DNA of 64,000 nt from an uncultured candidate division Zixibacteria bacterium (GTDB taxonomy: Bacteria > Zixibacteria > MSB-5A5 > GN15 > PGXB01), in assembly GCA_963702205.1 (NCBI GenBank), contig OY969724.1, forward strand, positions 2,368,001 to 2,432,000. The letters run 5' to 3'. Position numbers and translations under genes: made by a program. Shown here piece after piece: positions 10,087 to 19,921 of this stretch. The notes under the pieces are model-generated. The model saw only the letters and a program-made list of their open reading frames with translations. It did no database searches and was not told the DNA's origin. Position 1 is the first letter of the stretch. Each line of letters starts with the position of its first letter.

Positions 10087-10419
10087 ATGAACATCAATTC
10101 AGTAGGAATCAACGCTTATCGTCAGCTTGACGTTGACAATCAGGTGACGCGCCGACAGGACGCCGATCAGGCGGCCCAGTCTCAGCAGACCGCCAAGACT
10201 CCGGTTGAAATCGCCGGGCAGCCTCCCAAAGCCGGTTCGGCCCTCGGTGTAAAAATCAACCGTGGCGCATTCGATGAAATTCTCACGGCCAGGGAAAAAG
10301 AGGCGCTGGAAATGGTTTTCGAAAAATTCCGTTCGGCGGCGGCCAGGACGTCCACCTATGAACGCAACGGCAGCACCGATAAACCTCAACTGGGAACGTT
10401 GGTGGACGTAACCTTATGA
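10087..10419 (+). CDS. Hypothetical protein in the flagellar operon
   Basis: Fills the gap between flgC and fliE and overlaps the fliE start (ATGA); alternative GTG start at 10078. Confidence 0.75.
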   Translation: MNINSVGINAYRQLDVDNQVTRRQDADQAAQSQQTAKTPVEIAGQPPKAGSALGVKINRGAFDEILTAREKEALEMVFEKFRSAAARTSTYERNGSTDKPQLGTLVDVTL

Positions 10420-10727
10420 GCGGAACCATCGGCAATATCGGCCGGGTTATACCGGGACTTCAGAATCGGGTGCAGTTCAATCCGCCCGAGGTTAAAAGCG
10501 ACAAGGAAGCCAGCTTTACCGACGTCCTGAGTAATATGATTAATTCGGTCAACGATCTTCAGCTCGACGCCGGTAAGGTTCAGGAACTGGCCGCGACCGG
10601 AGAAGCCGCCGATTTGCACGACGTCATGATCGCGCTCGAAAAGGCCGGTGTGAGCATGGACCTGCTTATGGAGATAAGAAACAAGCTGGTCGATGCCTAT
10701 CAGACCCTGGTAAAAATGCCTATGTAA
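10416..10727 (+). CDS. fliE: Hook-basal body protein FliE
   Basis: 'DLHDVMIALEKA...EIRNKLVDAYQTLVKM'. Confidence 0.93.
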   Translation: MSGTIGNIGRVIPGLQNRVQFNPPEVKSDKEASFTDVLSNMINSVNDLQLDAGKVQELAATGEAADLHDVMIALEKAGVSMDLLMEIRNKLVDAYQTLVKMPM

Positions 10728-10785
10728 ATATATCGCGATAAGACTTCCGCCATTGGACGGGCGGATTTAACATGAGAGAATAGGA

Positions 10786-12348
10786 ATGGAATATTTTAAA
10801 AATCTTTTTGCGAATATCGGGACGTTTGTCAAAGCCATGACGCCGAGTCAGGCGATCATGCTTATTGGCGTTACCGCCGGTATCATTGTCGGCATTTTCG
10901 CCATCAGCAGTTGGGTCGGCACGATCAACTACTCGGTCCTGTATTCCAACCTCGATCCGGCCGACGCCGGTGAAATCACCGGTTACTTAACGGACAACAA
11001 TATCCCGTACAAACTGGCCAACGGCGGTGCCTCAATATCGGTTCCGTCGGATAAGGTTTATGATCTGAGAATTTCGATGGCTTCGGAGGGTATGCCTCGC
11101 TCTGGCAACGTCGGATATTCGATATTCGACCAGTCCAACCTGGGTATGACCGAATTCCTCCAGAATCTCAATTTCCGCCGGGCCCTTGAAGGCGAACTCA
11201 TGCGGACCATAGTGCAATTGTCCGACGTCGATGCCGCCCGCGTGCATATCGTTATGCCCAAAGAGCGGCTGTTCAAGGAAGACAAAAAAGAAGCGACCGC
11301 CTCGGTGGTTCTGAAATTGCGCCGCCCCGGAATACTCTCGGTCTCTCAGATTTCCGGTATCACGCACCTGGTCGCGTCGTCGGTGGAAGGCCTCAAGCCG
11401 GACAACATTACGATTATCGACCAGCGCGGTAATATGCTGTCCTCGGGCACGCCCGCCGATCCACTGGCCGGGTTGACCTCGACACAGTTGGAAGTGCGCA
11501 AAGGTGTCGAAAGTTATCTGGAACGCAAAGCTCAGACTATGCTCGACGGCGTCGTCGGGCCGGGCAAATCGATAGTCCGTGTCACGGCCGATCTTAATTT
11601 CCAGCAGTTGGAAAAGACCAACGAGCTCTATGATCCCAACAATCAGGTCGTGCGCAGCGAGGAAAAAACCGAGCAGACCGCGACGTCATCGGACAAGAAC
11701 GAAAAAGAAACTCAGAGCACCGATGACAACCGCGTCGAAACCACCACGACTAATTATGAAATCAATAAAACGGTCGAGCACATTGTCAATGCCGTCGGCA
11801 ATGTTCAGAGAATTTCGGTGGCGGTGCTTCTGGACTATACTGAAACGCAGGGTGAAGAAGGCGGCGCCGTGTATGAACCACGCTCTCAGGATGAAGTCGA
11901 CCGGCTGACCGCCATTGTCAGGAATGCCGTGGGATTCGACACCGAGCGCAACGATCAAATCGAAGTGGTCAATATGTCATTCGACCATACCGCCCTGGAC
12001 TCCGAAGGCGGATTTGTCGATAATGTAATAGAGAGAGATTTTATTTATGATATGGTGAAAAAGGTCGGGCTGGTACTGGTGGCAATACTCGGCTTCCTGT
12101 ACTTCCGCAAGAAGGCCAAAAAGCTTTTTGCATCACTCGGCAGAATACTCCCGCCTCCCGGCACGGTCAGACCTTCGGCCGAAGTCAATCCGGCTTATGC
12201 CGAGCACCGGATAGAAAGCGAGGAGATCGAGGAAATCATCCCCGAAAAACGGAAACCGAAACTCCTCGACCGGATGCAGAAGACGGCCAACGAGAGCCCC
12301 GAAGAATTCGCCAAGGTCATTAAAACCATGATGGTGGAGTCGCAGTAA
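10786..12348 (+). CDS. fliF: MS-ring protein FliF
   Basis: Two TMs; 'RALEGELMRTI', 'ARVHIVMP', 'ASVVLKL', 'NYEINK'. Confidence 0.95.
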   Translation: MEYFKNLFANIGTFVKAMTPSQAIMLIGVTAGIIVGIFAISSWVGTINYSVLYSNLDPADAGEITGYLTDNNIPYKLANGGASISVPSDKVYDLRISMASEGMPRSGNVGYSIFDQSNLGMTEFLQNLNFRRALEGELMRTIVQLSDVDAARVHIVMPKERLFKEDKKEATASVVLKLRRPGILSVSQISGITHLVASSVEGLKPDNITIIDQRGNMLSSGTPADPLAGLTSTQLEVRKGVESYLERKAQTMLDGVVGPGKSIVRVTADLNFQQLEKTNELYDPNNQVVRSEEKTEQTATSSDKNEKETQSTDDNRVETTTTNYEINKTVEHIVNAVGNVQRISVAVLLDYTETQGEEGGAVYEPRSQDEVDRLTAIVRNAVGFDTERNDQIEVVNMSFDHTALDSEGGFVDNVIERDFIYDMVKKVGLVLVAILGFLYFRKKAKKLFASLGRILPPPGTVRPSAEVNPAYAEHRIESEEIEEIIPEKRKPKLLDRMQKTANESPEEFAKVIKTMMVESQ

Positions 12349-12349
12349 G

Positions 12350-13369
12350 ATGGAAAAAGATAAATTCGACAATATGACATCGAGCAAGAAGGCCGCCATA
12401 GCGCTCGTTGCTTTCGGGGCGGACGTCTCCGCCCAGGTATTGAAAAGCATGTCGGAGCCCGATATGGAAATCCTTACGGTCGAAATGGCCAATCTGGGCG
12501 AGGTGCCACGCGACGTCGAAAAGCGGGTTATCGAAGAATGCTATGAAATATTCATGGCCCGCCAGTATATCTCCCAGGGCGGTGTCGATTTCGCCAAGTC
12601 GGTTCTTGAAAAGGCGGTCGGTACCGACAAAGCCAACCGTATTCTGTCCCGGCTTGAATCGGCCCTGCACAAGACCGGTTTTAACCTGTTGAAAAATATC
12701 GATGCCAAACAGTTGGTCGGTTTCATACAAAACGAACACCCCCAGACGATTGCACTTATACTGACGCAGTTGACGCCTCATCAGGCGGCGGCGGTTCTCA
12801 GTGACCTGCCGTCGGAGCTTCAGTCCGAAGTGGCCCTGCGTATTTCCACGATGGAAAAGATTTCTCCGGAAGTTCTAAAAGAAATCGAAGCCTCTCTCGA
12901 AGGACATTTTGATTCCTCGACCACCGGTGATTTATCCGTTTCCGGCGGAGCCAAGACGATGGCCGAAATCCTCAACCTGATCGAAAGCTCGGCGGAGAAA
13001 AATATTTTACAATCGATCGAGGCCGAAAACGCCGACCTCGCCGCAGAAATCAAAAATATGATGTTCGTCTTCGACGATCTCGTTCTACTCGACGATCGTT
13101 CCATCCAGCGCCTGCTCAAAGAGGTCGAGACCAAAGACCTTTCGATCGCTCTTAAGGCGGCCGCGGACGAAGTCAAAAACAAGATTTTCGCCAATGTATC
13201 CGAGCGTGTCACGGTTATGATAAAAGAAGAAATGGAATTTCTCGGGCCGATGCGTCTATCAGACGTAGAAGCGGCTCAGCAGAGAATAGTCGAGTCGGTC
13301 CGACGCCTCGAAGAAGAAGGCCAGATTGTAGTTTCCGGCCGGGGCGGCAAGGAGGACATTATTGTCTAA
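12350..13369 (+). CDS. fliG: Motor switch protein FliG
   Basis: 'KKAAI', 'EHPQTIALIL', 'MFVFDDL', 'GPMRLSDVEAAQ'. Confidence 0.96.
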   Translation: MEKDKFDNMTSSKKAAIALVAFGADVSAQVLKSMSEPDMEILTVEMANLGEVPRDVEKRVIEECYEIFMARQYISQGGVDFAKSVLEKAVGTDKANRILSRLESALHKTGFNLLKNIDAKQLVGFIQNEHPQTIALILTQLTPHQAAAVLSDLPSELQSEVALRISTMEKISPEVLKEIEASLEGHFDSSTTGDLSVSGGAKTMAEILNLIESSAEKNILQSIEAENADLAAEIKNMMFVFDDLVLLDDRSIQRLLKEVETKDLSIALKAAADEVKNKIFANVSERVTVMIKEEMEFLGPMRLSDVEAAQQRIVESVRRLEEEGQIVVSGRGGKEDIIV

Positions 13370-14069
13370 ATTGCTCGGCAATCCCAATATGGGGTCCAAA
13401 GTCATTATCGGTGAATATCGTTCCGATATCGAAACCGACCGGCAGATCGAAAAACGACTGCCGTCGGTTTTTATGGACATCAATGTCTTAACCACGACCG
13501 AAGGCAAAAAACTGGTACCGGTGCAGGAACTGCTTAAGATTGAAAAGCAGTTGCAACTCGAAAAAGAAGAAACAAGCGACAAGGCCTATAAAAAGGGTTT
13601 CGAGGAAGGACAAAGCCAGGGGCTTGATGCCGGAAACCGTGAAGCTCAGAAAGTGGTGCAGAACTTCACGACGCTGGTCACCTCGATTGTGGCCCAGCGC
13701 GAAAAAATATATGACGAAGCCAACCGCTCCGTGCTGGAACTGATAATGGCCATCGCGCGTAAGGTTACCTTTAACGCCGTAATGATCGATGAAGAAATCA
13801 CGGCCAAAATCATCAAGGGAACCATCGACGGTTTAATCGATAAAACCCGCATAAAAATCAAAGTAAATCCGCAGCATTTGCCGCTTCTGGAATCACAGCT
13901 GGACCGTTTCAAGGGCGACACCACGGCCATCAAAGAAATCACGATCGAGCCGGACAACCGGGTCAAGTATGGCGGGTGTTTTATCGAAACGCCTTCGGGC
14001 GACATCGACGCCCGGGTGGAATTGCAGATGGAAATAATATCAGATGCCCTCACGCCGGACGAAGAATAA
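13362..14069 (+). CDS. fliH: Flagellar export protein FliH
   Basis: GxxxG repeats, 'KVNP', 'GGCFIETPSGDIDA'; lies between fliG and fliI. Confidence 0.9.
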   Translation: MSKLLGNPNMGSKVIIGEYRSDIETDRQIEKRLPSVFMDINVLTTTEGKKLVPVQELLKIEKQLQLEKEETSDKAYKKGFEEGQSQGLDAGNREAQKVVQNFTTLVTSIVAQREKIYDEANRSVLELIMAIARKVTFNAVMIDEEITAKIIKGTIDGLIDKTRIKIKVNPQHLPLLESQLDRFKGDTTAIKEITIEPDNRVKYGGCFIETPSGDIDARVELQMEIISDALTPDEE

Positions 14070-14070
14070 A

Positions 14071-15453
14071 ATGAAGCAGCTTCCTTACGATTTGTTCCTC
14101 AGAAGGATCAATTCCGTCCACACCATAAAGCAATCGGGCAAGGTGGTTAAAACGATCGGTCTCGTAGTGGAATCGGAAGGCCCGACCGTATCGATCGGTG
14201 ACCTGTGTACTATCGAAAATCCCGATGGCGAAAAGACGAAGGCCGAAGTGGTCGGCTTTCGTGAAAACAGAATTTTGCTCATGCCTCTTGGTAATATGAC
14301 CGGAATAACCCCCGGCTCGTTCGTGGTTTCGACCGGCGAGCAGCTGCGGGTGCCGGTCGGCGATGAACTGATCGGGCGCGTGCTCGACGGCTTAGGGCAT
14401 CCGCTCGACGGTAAAGGTCCGATTCTCACGGTCAATACCCGGCGCATTGACAGCCAGCCGATTCCGGCCTTCAGCCGTCAACGAATTGCGGAGACGGTCA
14501 GGACCGGAATCAGGATTATCGATATGATGGCCACCTGCGGGCGGGGACAGCGTATGGGTATTTTCGCCGGTTCCGGTGTCGGCAAGTCGGTCATGCTCGG
14601 CATGATCGCGCGCGGCTCCTCGGCCGATGTCAACATCATCGCGCTGGTCGGTGAACGTGGGAGAGAGGTTCGCGAGTTCGTCGAAAAAGATCTTGGTGAA
14701 GAAGGTCTCAAAAGATCTATTGTAGTGGCGGTGACGTCGGATCAACCAGCTTTGATAAGAATCAAAGGAGCCATGGCCGCGACGGCTATCGCCGAGCATT
14801 ATCGGGACCAGGGGAAAAACGTTCTTTTATTGATGGATTCAATCACTCGAATCGCCATCGCTCAGCGAGAAATCGGTCTGGCCGTGGGTGAACCGCCCGC
14901 AACCAAAGGCTATACACCTTCAGTGTTCGCACTTTTGCCGAAAATCCTGGAACGCGCCGGAAATAATGACAAGGGCTCGATTACCGGATTGTACTCGGTG
15001 CTGGTCGAGGGCGACGACGTCAATGAACCGATATCCGACGCCGTGCGCTCGATTCTCGACGGCCACGTGGCCCTGTCGCGCAAACTGGCCGCGCACAATC
15101 AATACCCGGCGGTGGACGTGCTGGATTCCATCAGCCGTCTGATGATCGACGTGGTAGACGGGGAGCAGATGGATCTCGCGGCGCAGGTTCGCGAAATAAT
15201 CGCCACGTACCGCGAATCGGAGGACCTGATCAATATCGGGGCGTACGTCAAAGGTTCATCCGAAAAAATCGATTACGCCATATCGAAAGTCGATCAGATA
15301 AATCAGTTCTTCCGCCAAAAGATTTCGGAAAGGGATGACTTCGAAAAATCAATGGCGGAGTTGAGAGAAATACTGCAACCCGACGGAGAAGAGGGAGATG
15401 GCGAAAAGGTTTCAATTCCGGCTGGAAAAGCTGCTCCAGTTAAGATCGCATGA
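14071..15453 (+). CDS. fliI: Flagellar export ATPase FliI
   Basis: Walker A 'AGSGVGKS', 'LLLMDS', 'GEPPATKGY'. Confidence 0.96.
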   Translation: MKQLPYDLFLRRINSVHTIKQSGKVVKTIGLVVESEGPTVSIGDLCTIENPDGEKTKAEVVGFRENRILLMPLGNMTGITPGSFVVSTGEQLRVPVGDELIGRVLDGLGHPLDGKGPILTVNTRRIDSQPIPAFSRQRIAETVRTGIRIIDMMATCGRGQRMGIFAGSGVGKSVMLGMIARGSSADVNIIALVGERGREVREFVEKDLGEEGLKRSIVVAVTSDQPALIRIKGAMAATAIAEHYRDQGKNVLLLMDSITRIAIAQREIGLAVGEPPATKGYTPSVFALLPKILERAGNNDKGSITGLYSVLVEGDDVNEPISDAVRSILDGHVALSRKLAAHNQYPAVDVLDSISRLMIDVVDGEQMDLAAQVREIIATYRESEDLINIGAYVKGSSEKIDYAISKVDQINQFFRQKISERDDFEKSMAELREILQPDGEEGDGEKVSIPAGKAAPVKIA

Positions 15454-15874
15454 CGAAACTCTTCGCCAGAAGGAGCTGGCGGTATCATTGCGAAAAGTCA
15501 ATTCTCAGCAGGACGTTCTGCATGATATAGACGGTAATTATCGCGCCGGGCAGGACGACAGCCGTATGTACCTGACGGGTAAAATCGACACCAATCACCT
15601 CGTGCGGTACTCGCGCTATTTTCTGAAACTCAAAAAGGACAGGATTTCGAGCCTCGAAGTGCTCAAGGCGTTGGAGCGGGAAAGAGAAAAGCGTCGCCAG
15701 GCGCTGCTCGCGGCGACCCGCCGCCGCCAGATTCTCGAAAAGCTTCGCGACAGAAAAAAAGAAGCCTACACGAAAAGGCTCGAACTGGTGGCTCAAAAAG
15801 AGCAGGACGAAATTGCGTCCAATTATGCCCTCCAAAAAAATAGCTCCCGATTTTTGACACCGGGAGCCGACTGA
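15398..15874 (+). CDS. fliJ: Flagellar export chaperone FliJ
   Basis: 'RFQFRLEKLLQLR' N-terminus, coiled coil, 'EQDE' end; follows fliI. Confidence 0.88.
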   Translation: MAKRFQFRLEKLLQLRSHDETLRQKELAVSLRKVNSQQDVLHDIDGNYRAGQDDSRMYLTGKIDTNHLVRYSRYFLKLKKDRISSLEVLKALEREREKRRQALLAATRRRQILEKLRDRKKEAYTKRLELVAQKEQDEIASNYALQKNSSRFLTPGAD

Positions 15875-15911
15875 CAATAGACGATACATCACGCTAACGC
15901 GTGCTTTTCTG

Positions 15912-17207
15912 CTATTTCAGCATCATCATCTTTTTGCTGCGATTAAAGTCACCTGCTTTGATTCGATAAAAATATATTCCGGACGCCACGGGATTATGGT
16001 TGTCGTCGTAGCCATCGAAGACGACAGAATGCACCCCGGCGTTCATGTGTTCATCGACGAGCGTTTTTACTTTTTCTCCGAGGATGTTATATACGGTCAG
16101 GTTCACGTCGGCCGCTCTCGGCAGCGCGAATTCGATCCTGGTCGACGGGTTAAACGGGTTCGGGTAATTCTGCGACAGCGCGAATTCCGTCGGCAGCAAG
16201 CCGTTGTCGAAGTCATCATCGACACCGACCGTATTCCTGATTTCGATCTGGCCGGGGTGGAAGTACGGTTCAATGATCATCCCGCCGCCGGTGGAAGGAC
16301 GGTGATATACCGTGTTGAAAACACCGCCGTACGGCACAGAATTGATCAAGACCGTCTGTTCCTGCGCGGCTGCATTTATATCGAAGTACAAGGTGGCCAG
16401 CACTCCCTCGCCGACCGGCATAGGCGTGGCGGAATTGAACTTTATTGATACCAATATCTGACGGTCGGGAATATTGGTCGAAATCGTTTTATTAAGAGCC
16501 GATTCGCAGCGAGTGCCGGTAAAGTCCACCGATGCGAAAGTTATATCATCCGATGTATATTCAAGAGCCAGGGCGATGGAATCGACCTCGCCTTCATTGT
16601 AACCGTACACATTGACAGCCACCCCGTTGCCGGGTTTTCCTACCACGGCATCGGCGTAAATCGAATCGAGGGTCGCCGGTGCATCGAGTACGCGGATATT
16701 TCCCGGGACGATCTGCGGGTGAACGGGAAATCCCGAAATCGATGAGAAAATGGTTTTGCGGTCAAAGCCACCGGCGAGTTCCCAGAAGGCGGTATCGACC
16801 GGCAGATCGTGATTGGAAGCATTGTTCTTGACGGAGAAAAACAGATTAAAGCCGAGACCGTCTCCCGGCGGGAAAGGATTTAGATAATCATAGAAAAACA
16901 GGTCGACCAGATTGGCGCTGTCGTTAAAAATCACTCTTTGGGTATCGGATTCAGGAATAAAATCGAATCTCCCGCCGCTGAAATTGAAGGAGTCAGGCAC
17001 GAGAAATGTAGAATCGAATTTCAATGTTACTTCGACCGCCGATACGGAATCGACGTTCGTTACAAAAATCGGCAATATGGCAGTGCGACCGGCATAGGCT
17101 TCGACTGAGTCTACTTTGACAGAATCGTTCAGACCAGAAAAATCGGCCGAGACGTTTATGGCCAGTCCAAGGATCATGCTTATCAGAATGAATAATCTCA
17201 ATTTCAT
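15912..17207 (-). CDS. Secreted protein with two cohesin-like domains and a T9SS-type/FlgD-Ig C-terminal domain
   Basis: Signal peptide; two beta-sandwich repeats ('LPIFVTN...VTLKFD', 'VNVYGYN...LALEYT', 'GEGVLATLYF'); 'QNYPNPFNP...SGIYFYRI...KKMMMLK'; GAGGAG RBS. Confidence 0.8.
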   Translation of the reverse strand: MKLRLFILISMILGLAINVSADFSGLNDSVKVDSVEAYAGRTAILPIFVTNVDSVSAVEVTLKFDSTFLVPDSFNFSGGRFDFIPESDTQRVIFNDSANLVDLFFYDYLNPFPPGDGLGFNLFFSVKNNASNHDLPVDTAFWELAGGFDRKTIFSSISGFPVHPQIVPGNIRVLDAPATLDSIYADAVVGKPGNGVAVNVYGYNEGEVDSIALALEYTSDDITFASVDFTGTRCESALNKTISTNIPDRQILVSIKFNSATPMPVGEGVLATLYFDINAAAQEQTVLINSVPYGGVFNTVYHRPSTGGGMIIEPYFHPGQIEIRNTVGVDDDFDNGLLPTEFALSQNYPNPFNPSTRIEFALPRAADVNLTVYNILGEKVKTLVDEHMNAGVHSVVFDGYDDNHNPVASGIYFYRIKAGDFNRSKKMMMLK

Positions 17208-17485
17208 TTGAACTCCTCTCATATCGCCGCAGCTATATCACGCAAACACAATGCGAAATCCCGGAAATTTTTATCAAATTCGGCATTTTTGCCCAAGTCG
17301 ATGTAATATCGCAGGTTGAAGAAGTAATTCTCATATCAAATATAAGAGAATCGTCTGTTGGTGACAAGCAGATTTGCGCCAATCCGCCAAAAATTATGCA
17401 AGCCGTTGCATTTTCTGCGTTTGGCGGATTTTTACATTTTAACGAAATTAACAGCCAATTCACATATCGAATCCGACAAAAATCC

Positions 17486-17521
17486 GGAAACGGGTTATTA
17501 ATCAGAGCGGAAATATTTTCC
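17486..17521. promoter_or_regulatory. Candidate enhancer sites for the flgF sigma54 promoter
   Basis: GGAA-acggg-TTAT (17486) and GGAA-atatt-TTCC (17509), 23 bp apart. Confidence 0.5.
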
Positions 17522-17619
17522 AAAATAATCTCAGATCATTAGAGCATCAATGCCAAATAAAACGCATAACTGATTGTCTCGCTATTGAATATGTCGTTGG
17601 CAGTGCTTCCCGATAATTG

Positions 17620-17635
17620 TGGCACAGGGACTGCT
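17620..17635 (+). promoter_or_regulatory. Sigma54 promoter of the flgF operon
   Basis: TGGCAC-aggga-CTGCT. Confidence 0.8.
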
Positions 17636-17661
17636 TTATGAATTGTCGGAGAAATAGCATT

Positions 17662-18396
17662 ATGATAAAAGGTATGTACAAAGCTGCGTCGGCCATGATC
17701 CCACGGATCAGGCAGCAGGAAACCATCGCCAATAACCTGGCCAACGCTTCCGCCGCCGGATATAAAAAGGATATGGTCTTCACGCGCGAGCTTTCCAAGG
17801 CTCAAGCCAAAACCGCCCCGAAAAAGAATGACTGGCAGACGCCGATGATCGACCAGGTCTATACCGATTACGATCAAGGGCCGATGGATCAGACCAACAA
17901 TCCGCTCGATTTGGCTATCGACGGCGACGGCTTTTTTGTCATCCAGGACCCCACCACCGAAGAGATGTATCTGACCCGGGGCGGGAATTTTTCGGTGAGC
18001 CCCGATGGTTTTCTCAGCACCGCCGACGGAATGCGGGTGATGAGCGACGGTGGTCCGATTGCGCTCGAAGGCGGTGATGTGACCGTTTCCGAGACCGGCC
18101 AGGTCGCTGTTAACGAAGCCCCGGTCGCCAATATTCGTGTGGCCGAACCGGACGATACCGGCAAGCTGACCAAAGTGGGCGAGAACGCTTTCAATATACC
18201 CGACGGGATCGAACTTCGGGCGGCGGTTCATTTCGCCATCAGGCAGGGCTATCTGGAATCGTCGAACGTCGATGCGGTCAAAGAAATGGTAGATATGATA
18301 GTTTCTTTCCGGGGGTACGAGTCCGATGCACAGGCCTTGAAGATGCAGGACGGCACCCTGGATAAACTTATGAACAACGTGGGTCGAGTACGATAA
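17662..18396 (+). CDS. flgF: Rod protein FlgF
   Basis: 'IANNLAN...GYKK', 'LDLAIDGDGFF', 'GYLESSNVD'; precedes flgG. Confidence 0.9.
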   Translation: MIKGMYKAASAMIPRIRQQETIANNLANASAAGYKKDMVFTRELSKAQAKTAPKKNDWQTPMIDQVYTDYDQGPMDQTNNPLDLAIDGDGFFVIQDPTTEEMYLTRGGNFSVSPDGFLSTADGMRVMSDGGPIALEGGDVTVSETGQVAVNEAPVANIRVAEPDDTGKLTKVGENAFNIPDGIELRAAVHFAIRQGYLESSNVDAVKEMVDMIVSFRGYESDAQALKMQDGTLDKLMNNVGRVR

Positions 18397-18418
18397 CCCT
18401 TAAGAAAGAGAGGGTGTA

Positions 18419-19204
18419 ATGATAAAAGCAATGAGAACAGCGGCGACCGGTATGGTTGCCCAGCAGATGAATATCGACAACATCGCCAACAACCTGGCTA
18501 ACGTCAATACGACAGGTTTTAAACGGTCTAAAGTCGAATTCCAGGACGTATTATACCAGAATTTGCGTAAAGCCGGAACGGCCACGGCCATTAATACCAG
18601 TGTTCCGACCAATCTTGACGTCGGTTACGGCACCAAGGCCGTGGCGACCGTCCGTGAATTCTCGGTCGGCGATTATGTCCAGACGGATAACGCCCTCGAC
18701 ATGGCCATAAGCGGCAACGGATTTTTCCAGATTGCCATGCCCGACGGAACCACGTCGTACTCCCGCGACGGGGCTTTCAAGCTTTCGGCCGAAGGCCAGA
18801 TGGTCACCTCCGACGGCTTTTTCCTTACTCCGGAAATTACGGTGCCGGAAGATGCCACGTCGGTTTCGGTCACGGTGGACGGTGAAGTTTCGGTCATGAT
18901 TGCCGGAAGTGCCGACCCCCAGACTCTGGGGAATATCGAACTGGCCAAGTTCATTAACCCGGCCGGTTTGTCGGCGGTGGGGCACAACCTCTACACCGAA
19001 ACTCCGGCGTCGGGCGCTCCGATTTTGGGTCAACCGTCGCTCGATGGCTTCGGCAAGCTCGATCAGGGCTATTTGGAAATGTCGAACGTGAAAGTTGTCG
19101 ATGAGATGGTCAACATGATCGTGGCTCAAAGATCGTACGAACTGAATTCCAAGGTCATCCAGACCGGGGAAGAAATGGCCCGGGTCGTAAATAACCTGAA
19201 ATAA
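18419..19204 (+). CDS. flgG: Distal rod protein FlgG
   Basis: 'ANNLANVNTTGFKRSKVEFQDVLYQ', 'EMVNMIVAQRSYE'. Confidence 0.96.
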   Translation: MIKAMRTAATGMVAQQMNIDNIANNLANVNTTGFKRSKVEFQDVLYQNLRKAGTATAINTSVPTNLDVGYGTKAVATVREFSVGDYVQTDNALDMAISGNGFFQIAMPDGTTSYSRDGAFKLSAEGQMVTSDGFFLTPEITVPEDATSVSVTVDGEVSVMIAGSADPQTLGNIELAKFINPAGLSAVGHNLYTETPASGAPILGQPSLDGFGKLDQGYLEMSNVKVVDEMVNMIVAQRSYELNSKVIQTGEEMARVVNNLK

Positions 19205-19215
19205 CGAGTATTAAA

Positions 19216-19908
19216 ATGAAAAGATGCAAATGGATTTGCGCGGGATTATTTCTCTTGATGATGGCCATGACGGCCGCCGCCGATGACGACGGTCTCAAAG
19301 CCGACCTGACCACGGCTATCACGAATTACTATCAGCTCGACGTGCAAAACACGAAAATCGAATTTCGCCGGATTCGTCTCGATGCGAAACAAAGTGCTTA
19401 CGACAGCCTGTCGGTCGAACCGATAACGAAAGGCAGCGATTACGGACGCATCGTCATTGAGGCCAGCCTTTTCAACAAAGGAGAGCTTCTCGAATCAGGA
19501 CAGATCAGTGTCAATATCGTTAAATATGAGAACGTTTTGATGGCCGGTGATCGTATCGGCCGCAATGCCCTGTTGTCTCCCGAACAAATCACAACCGAAA
19601 GCCGGGATGTGACCTATCTGATCGACAAACCGCTGACCGATCTGAACGAAATTGTCGGACGGCGGACCAAACGGCTTATCGTCAAGGGTAATATATTGAC
19701 CTACGCTAATACCGAGATTATCCCGACGGTCGAAGTCGGCAAAGAAGTCAAAATCATTTATCGCTCCGGAGTACTGGAAATTTCCGCGGTCGGTACCGCT
19801 CTCGAAAACGGCTATACCGGCGAAAGCATCCGGGTGCGCAACGAACAATCGAAAAAAACAGTCGAAGCAACCATAAATAACGAGCAAACGGTACTAATTA
19901 CGCCGTGA
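19216..19908 (+). CDS. flgA: P-ring chaperone FlgA
   Basis: Signal peptide, SAF-like region, 'GTALENG..GESIRVRN..SKK'. Confidence 0.88.
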   Translation: MKRCKWICAGLFLLMMAMTAAADDDGLKADLTTAITNYYQLDVQNTKIEFRRIRLDAKQSAYDSLSVEPITKGSDYGRIVIEASLFNKGELLESGQISVNIVKYENVLMAGDRIGRNALLSPEQITTESRDVTYLIDKPLTDLNEIVGRRTKRLIVKGNILTYANTEIIPTVEVGKEVKIIYRSGVLEISAVGTALENGYTGESIRVRNEQSKKTVEATINNEQTVLITP

Positions 19909-19921
19909 CGTGAGGTGTGTG

